From contig CAVPIW010000006.1 of NCBI GenBank assembly GCA_963705105.1, positions 480,001 through 544,000 on the forward strand: DNA of 64,000 nucleotides. The letters are read 5' to 3'. Of the stretch, positions 59,060 to 64,000 are shown in pieces. The notes beneath the pieces were generated by a model. The model ran no database searches, was not told where the DNA came from, and saw only the letters and a list, made by a program, of their open reading frames with translations. Position numbers and translations under genes: made by a program. The DNA is from an uncultured Nitrospiraceae bacterium. Lineage in GTDB: Bacteria; Nitrospirota; Thermodesulfovibrionia; Thermodesulfovibrionales; Dissulfurispiraceae. Numbering within the stretch: position 1 is the first letter of the stretch; every line of letters starts with the position of its first letter.

Positions 59060-60157
59060 TCACACGTTGAAGCGAAAATTGATGATGTCGCCGTCCCTGA
59101 CTTCGTAGGTTTTCCCCTCGAGCCGCAGCAGCCCCTTCTCACGCGCCGCAGCGAGGCTTCCGGCCCCGACAAAGTCATCGTAGTGGACCACTTCGGCCCT
59201 GATGAATCCCCTCTGTATGTCCGAATGGACCTTTCCGGCGGCGAAAAGAGCGGTCGTTCCCCGCCTGATCGTCCACGCCCTGACCTCGTCATCGCCGACG
59301 GTCAGGAAGGAGATCATGCCCAGCAGCTCGTAGCATACCCTGATAAGCCTGTGGAGGGCCGGCTCGGTGATTTTGAGGTCCTCCAGAAAGGCCTCCGCCT
59401 CTTCCGGCGGGAGTTGGGCGATCTCCATCTCGATTTTCCCGGATAGGGTGACGACCCTCGTCTCCCTGCCGCCTTCCCTTTCCGTCAGAAAGGCCTCAAT
59501 CTTCGCGGTGACCGCCGTCGCGTCGGCGCTTTGCAGGTCCTGTTCGCCCACATTTACAACAACGACTTCGGGTTTGATCGAGATGAACTGGAGCGGGCTC
59601 ATCGCCTTCCGCTCCTCTTCGTCAAAGTCCACGTCCCTCAGGGGAATTTCCTTTTCGAGGATGTCCCGCAATTTCAGGAGCAGATTCCGCTCGGCCTCAT
59701 TCGGTTTCTTTCCCTTCTTTGCCGATTCTTCCATCCTCGTGAGTCTCTTTTCGATGAATTCGAGGTCCCCGAAGATCATTTCCAGTTCGACGGTCTGGAA
59801 ATCACGGAAAGGGTCCGGCCCGCCCAGGGGGTGGGAAACAGCGTCGTCTCTGAAGGCACGAACGACGTGGACGATCGCGTCGGCGTCCTTGATGAGGTCG
59901 AAGACCTTCCTGTTCTGCTCCACATCCCCCTTTGTCAGGCCGAGGTAGTCGACATACTCGACGGTCGCCCAGGTCGTCTTCTTCGGGCGGAACAGGTCCG
60001 ACAGCATGTCGATCCTCGGATCAGGGACCCTGACCGTCCCGTAATGGGGTTCTCCTGCCGCTGTCGGGTATATCGTGGTCACCAGATCCTGGCCGGTCAG
60101 CGCGTTGAATATGGTGGTTTTGCCGGAATTGGACAGTCCGGTGATCGCAATCTTCAC
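59060..60157 (-). CDS. ychF: Redox-regulated ATPase YchF
   Basis: GLSNSGKTTIFNALT, FLTVGDDEVRAW, HSDIQRGFIRAE, EGKTYEVRDGDIINFRFNV. Confidence 0.95.
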   Translation of the reverse strand: MKIAITGLSNSGKTTIFNALTGQDLVTTIYPTAAGEPHYGTVRVPDPRIDMLSDLFRPKKTTWATVEYVDYLGLTKGDVEQNRKVFDLIKDADAIVHVVRAFRDDAVSHPLGGPDPFRDFQTVELEMIFGDLEFIEKRLTRMEESAKKGKKPNEAERNLLLKLRDILEKEIPLRDVDFDEEERKAMSPLQFISIKPEVVVVNVGEQDLQSADATAVTAKIEAFLTEREGGRETRVVTLSGKIEMEIAQLPPEEAEAFLEDLKITEPALHRLIRVCYELLGMISFLTVGDDEVRAWTIRRGTTALFAAGKVHSDIQRGFIRAEVVHYDDFVGAGSLAAAREKGLLRLEGKTYEVRDGDIINFRFNV

Positions 60158-60320
60158 AATGCCTCCTGAATATTCATGAATTTTTCAATAAGAACGCCTG
60201 TCTCGCGCAAAGCCGCAAAGAGCGCAAAGAAAAACAACCTCTATTGCACTCCCGTCCTAAATACCCACCGGCAAATCGTTAAAACAATGTTGGCGCCTGG
60301 CGCCGTGCCGGCGACGGTCA

Positions 60321-60599
60321 TCAGAAAATGCTGATATGCCGCTCCCGGGCGAAGTTCCGGATAACCATTTGAGCCGTATATAATCGCTGGAGCCTCACAT
60401 TCCTCCGCCGGATCAACTCGGGATTGTTGTAAGGAAAGGGCTGGGTGCGGATGGTGGCCTGGACGCGGGAGATCGCGTCATAGAGCGCCTTGAGGGCAGG
60501 TTGATCATAGGGTTTGAGGAAGAGGGCGTTCACCGTGATGAACCCCTCGGAGATGTCGACGGCAATGGCCTTGACGTTTCTACTCTGCGGTCCCGCCAT
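60321..60599 (-). CDS. Conserved hypothetical protein
   Basis: 92-aa ORF overlapping the tatC end, GGAAGCAGGA SD-like sequence. Confidence 0.6.
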   Translation of the reverse strand: MAGPQSRNVKAIAVDISEGFITVNALFLKPYDQPALKALYDAISRVQATIRTQPFPYNNPELIRRRNVRLQRLYTAQMVIRNFARERHISIF

Positions 60600-61374
60600 C
60601 GTCCTGCTTCCGCGCAAAGAGGGGTGAAATCCATATCCCGACCTCGTACAGCAGGATGATGGGTCCCGCCATGAGGATCTGGTTGAATGCATCGGGTGTC
60701 GGCGTCAGGAAGGCCGCCAGGATGAATGCTATGAGGACCGCGTACTTCCTGTTCCTGGCAAGGGTCTTCGTCGTCACGATCCCCATTCTCGTCAGGAAGA
60801 CGATGACGATCGGCAGCTCGAAAACGGCGCCGAAGGCGAGGATGAACTTCAGGCAGAAATCGACGTACTGCCCGACGGAGAGCATGGGCATGAGGATGTC
60901 GCCCACCTTGTAGGTCAGGAGGAAACTCATGGCGAAGGGCAGGACGATGAGGAAACAGAAGGCCGATCCGACAAGAAAGAGGCCCGTGGCGGTGAAGATG
61001 AAGGGCAGCACGTACTTCCGCTCCTGGGGCAGGAGACCGGGTGTGATGAACTTCCAGAGTTGGTGGAAAATGACGGGCAGGGAAAGGATCAGACCGGCCA
61101 CCATGGAGACCTTCATATTCATCCAGAACGCCTCTGCAGGGGCGAGAAAGACGAGCTTGATGCCCTGCAGCTTGTCCTGGGGCACCAGCAGGAGATAGGG
61201 ATTACCGGTGGACAATTCGATGGAATATTTCAGGGGAAACATGAGGACCCTGAAGATGTCCTCGGAAAAAGTGAAGGCTATGATAAAGGTGATGAGAAAA
61301 GTGACAAGAGAGGTGATGATCCTCGTCCTGAGCTCTGTAAGATGGGATGTGAGGGGCATTTTTTCATCTTCCAT
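60580..61374 (-). CDS. tatC: Twin-arginine translocase TatC
   Basis: MPLTSHLTELRTR, PAEAF, PGLLPQE, FELP, TPTPD. Confidence 0.96.
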   Translation of the reverse strand: MEDEKMPLTSHLTELRTRIITSLVTFLITFIIAFTFSEDIFRVLMFPLKYSIELSTGNPYLLLVPQDKLQGIKLVFLAPAEAFWMNMKVSMVAGLILSLPVIFHQLWKFITPGLLPQERKYVLPFIFTATGLFLVGSAFCFLIVLPFAMSFLLTYKVGDILMPMLSVGQYVDFCLKFILAFGAVFELPIVIVFLTRMGIVTTKTLARNRKYAVLIAFILAAFLTPTPDAFNQILMAGPIILLYEVGIWISPLFARKQDDGGTAE

Positions 61375-61433
61375 CTCCCTCACCTCATGAAAAACGGAAA
61401 TACGCTGTCCTGAAGACTGTCCGATTCAGGCAA

Positions 61434-61647
61434 ACCTTATTGTTGCATGCGCCCCACCGAAAGGCAGGGTGTATGCGCCGAAAACCTTGGTGCGGCGACA
61501 CCTTAATCGCCACAGAAGACAACATTTCAAGCCAATGGTCGATCACGCAAAGAATGGAATCCTGAAAAACGATGCTAACAATGCTCATCGTCGCCTTCAG
61601 CAGGGCGTTGAGGCGCTTCGCCCTGCCTTTTCACGCAACGACAAGGT
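61434..61647 (+). mobile_element. MITE-like element, family A, between tatB and tatC
   Basis: ACCTTATTGTTGCATGC..AAAGGCAGGG / CCCTGCCTTTTCACGCAACGACAAGGT terminal IRs. Confidence 0.7.
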
Positions 61648-61656
61648 AAATGTCTC

Positions 61657-61935
61657 TCAGGTGATCTTGGTCTTCTCATGGAGTTCCTTTTTCAATTCCT
61701 TCGCCTCCCTGTCGATTTCCTGCAGTCTCTTGTAGACTTCCGAATCCTGCTTGAGAGGCTCCTTGATCTCGTTCATTTCGGCATCCATCTGTTCCTTCAC
61801 GCCGTGGAGGGCCTTTCTCAGCTCGGCCATACCCTTGCCGAGGGTCCTTCCCAGCTCGGGGAGGCGCTTCGGCCCGAAGACAAGGAGGGCGACGATGAAA
61901 ATGACGATGAGCTCCTGGATGCCGAGATCGAACAT
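61657..61935 (-). CDS. tatB: Twin-arginine translocase TatB/TatA subunit
   Basis: MFDLGIQELIVIFIVALLVFGPKRLPE; upstream of tatC. Confidence 0.85.
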   Translation of the reverse strand: MFDLGIQELIVIFIVALLVFGPKRLPELGRTLGKGMAELRKALHGVKEQMDAEMNEIKEPLKQDSEVYKRLQEIDREAKELKKELHEKTKIT

Positions 61936-61957
61936 AACTTTTAATTATACCAAAAAC

Positions 61958-62740
61958 CTATTCTTCGTAGATTGTCTTGACCTCTGTCTTTTTGAAGGGA
62001 AGGATGAGGCTGAGGGAAAAGAAGAAGCGGTAGTCCGGTGTCCTGTCCTTGATGTCGAAGCCTGCACCGAAGGTTGTGAAGATGTTTTCCGTCGTCGCTA
62101 TCCTGTAGCCTATTCTCCATTCGAGCAGGTTGAGCTTGTTTTCGGTGTAATCTTTTCTGCCGATGAGCTCGGCGAGTATTTTCGATTTGTTTGAAACGGC
62201 CAGCTCGGCGCCGATATTGAGGGAGTAGAAATCGTTCAGGTCCGTTTTGTCGGGTTTCGAATAGAGGGCGTTGATGTGGCCCTTGAAGGGCCCGATTTTC
62301 TTCGTCAGGAGGAGCCCGCCGCCCACATTGCCGTCCGTCGAAAACTCGTCTTCTCCCGTCGGGGCCGAGACGGTGAGGATATAGGCGACGGCCGGGCTGT
62401 AGGTCCCCTCGTCAAGGATGCGGTGCTTGAAGCCGAAGGCGAGGTCCTCGAAACCGTCCACACGGTTTTCCCATTCACTGACATAGGGGGCCGTCAGCAT
62501 GAGCTCCACACGGTCGTGCAGCGCGTAGTCAAACTGCAGGAGAAACCGCCAGAAACCGGGATCATAGGACTTTTCAACGCCGAGGCCGAAACCGACGGTG
62601 TTCCGGGCCGGCGATTCAGCGCTGAATGTCGAAAAGACGCCGTAGGGAGGAAGGGGCTGCAGTCCGATGACATCGAAGGCGTGCAGGCTTCCGGCGGGCA
62701 GGAGCACGAGGACAATGATCAGAGCGGACCATCTTCGCAT
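61958..62740 (-). CDS. Outer-membrane beta-barrel/transporter-like protein
   Basis: Signal peptide, GFEDLAFGFKHR, alternating beta strands. Confidence 0.65.
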   Translation of the reverse strand: MRRWSALIIVLVLLPAGSLHAFDVIGLQPLPPYGVFSTFSAESPARNTVGFGLGVEKSYDPGFWRFLLQFDYALHDRVELMLTAPYVSEWENRVDGFEDLAFGFKHRILDEGTYSPAVAYILTVSAPTGEDEFSTDGNVGGGLLLTKKIGPFKGHINALYSKPDKTDLNDFYSLNIGAELAVSNKSKILAELIGRKDYTENKLNLLEWRIGYRIATTENIFTTFGAGFDIKDRTPDYRFFFSLSLILPFKKTEVKTIYEE

Positions 62741-62822
62741 TCTTTCTGAGAATAGCAGAATTGCGGCGGCCTGTCAAACGGAAAGCCCGTCCTGCGAGAC
62801 TCCGGAGGCATGGCGAGCGCGG

Positions 62823-64000
62823 CTACAGTTGGAGCACCACCCTCACCATGTCTTCATCATCATAGGCCTGCCTGAATCCGTATTTCGACCCGAGCTTGAG
62901 CATCCTCCTGTTCGACTTGAGGATCTCCATCCAGACCGTCTTGAGCCCGATCTCACGCGAAACGTTGATCATGTACTCCATCAGTATCTTCCCGACCCCC
63001 CTCCCCTGCCAGTCGTCGGAGATGAGGATCGAGACCTCGGCGTTTTCAAGGTCAGGAAGCTTGATCATGCGCACGACGCCGATGATCTCTTCCCTGTTTT
63101 CTCCATCCCTTACGGCGGCGACGAAGGCCATTTCCCGGTCGTAGTCGATCTGGCAGAACCGGACCAGGCGCTCGTGGGAGAACTCGGTGATCTTCTGGCA
63201 GAAGCGGTTCATGATCGTCTCTTCGGACAGGGATTTAAAGAGCCGGTCGATGAGCGGCTCATCCTCGCCCCGTATGGGACGTATCATTGCATCCGTGCCG
63301 TCACCGAGGCTCATCTCCCGGACGTATTTGTACGGGTACGGGCAGATGGACAGGTGAGGGGGACAGAAATCTCCCTGGAATACGCGGTAATCCTTCGGCA
63401 TCGCTTCGTCGATGAGGGCACGGCAATAGAGCGCCCTGCAGTCATCCTCGGAAATGATGACGGGGTTGATCTCCATTTCCTTGATTTGCGGGAAATCGAT
63501 GACGAGCTGAGAGAACCGCACGATGATCTCCTCGAGCTGCTTCAGCACGTCCTCATATGCGGGGAGGTGCTGCAGGTGGCGGTAGATCCTCGTCTCCTCC
63601 ATCATGCGCCGGGCCAGTGTCTGATTGAGGGGGGGCAGGCCGATGGCATAGTCACTCATCGCTTCGAGGAATCCCCCTCCCGTTCCGAAGATGATGACGG
63701 AGCCGAAGCCCGGATCCCTCCGGGCCTCTATGGTCAGCTCGAAGGTATGTCTCTGTTCCTTGCGCTGGACGATGACCGTCCCGTCGGGACATCCCGAAGC
63801 GGCAGCGGCATCCCGGAGTCTCCGGTAGGCTGTTCTCACCGAGGGCTCGCTGAGGACTTCGGGGAAGACGTGTTCCTTGCCAGAGGCATTCCCGCACTCG
63901 ACTCTCATGACAACGGGATACCCGATCGCCGAGGCGATCCTGGCCGCCTCCTCTTCATCCGCTGCACTGTGCGTCTCGATCATCGGTATTCCGTAGACGC
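62823..64000 (-). CDS. Acyl-CoA synthetase-like/GNAT protein acetyltransferase (Pat family), C-terminal part
   Basis: ATP-grasp-like GYPVV..DPGFG..EINP, HLSICPYP, IRPIRGED, CQIDYDREMA, WQGRGVG. Confidence 0.9.
   Translation of the reverse strand, partial: VYGIPMIETHSAADEEEAARIASAIGYPVVMRVECGNASGKEHVFPEVLSEPSVRTAYRRLRDAAAASGCPDGTVIVQRKEQRHTFELTIEARRDPGFGSVIIFGTGGGFLEAMSDYAIGLPPLNQTLARRMMEETRIYRHLQHLPAYEDVLKQLEEIIVRFSQLVIDFPQIKEMEINPVIISEDDCRALYCRALIDEAMPKDYRVFQGDFCPPHLSICPYPYKYVREMSLGDGTDAMIRPIRGEDEPLIDRLFKSLSEETIMNRFCQKITEFSHERLVRFCQIDYDREMAFVAAVRDGENREEIIGVVRMIKLPDLENAEVSILISDDWQGRGVGKILMEYMINVSREIGLKTVWMEILKSNRRMLKLGSKYGFRQAYDDEDMVRVVLQL

Noticed and set aside
1..64000. tRNA, rRNA, reverse transcriptase, integrase or prophage genes
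   Set aside because: None recognised in the window.

Overview
A GC-rich bacterial chromosome segment. The gene content (Desulfobacterota-like fhs, rubredoxin, glnD-tamB-bamA, GSU3473-like gene) suggests an anaerobic Gram-negative such as Nitrospirota/Thermodesulfovibrionia; this is inference only. Housekeeping genes (glnD, tamB, bamA/tamA, fhs, uvrA, apbE, yacG, dapB, ilvBN, crcB, prmA, ychF, tatBC, Pat-type acetyltransferase) are interspersed with two decaying toxin-antitoxin islets, three AAA/DUF4143 ATPase genes (one a fragment) and several intergenic MITE-like repeat families. The main feature is a ~20 kb minus-strand type III-A CRISPR-Cas locus (36.4-56.1 kb). It contains two arrays (20 and 10 repeats), cas6, two cas2, one canonical and one degenerate cas1, cas10 and csm2-5, with csm2 split by an intact IS256 carrying a 9-bp TSD. 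It also encodes three CARF proteins, Csx3 and an MNT-HEPN pair. The most interesting observation is a 21-bp double palindrome, GAAAYRTTTC-W-GAAAYRTTTC, found four times in this locus and noticed nowhere else in the window. It sits exactly 83 bp from both arrays, and exactly 5 bp upstream of the -35 position of both the cas2-cas1 operon and a CARF-wHTH gene. This points to a candidate cOA-responsive regulon. All family assignments come from recognising motifs by eye; no database searches were run.
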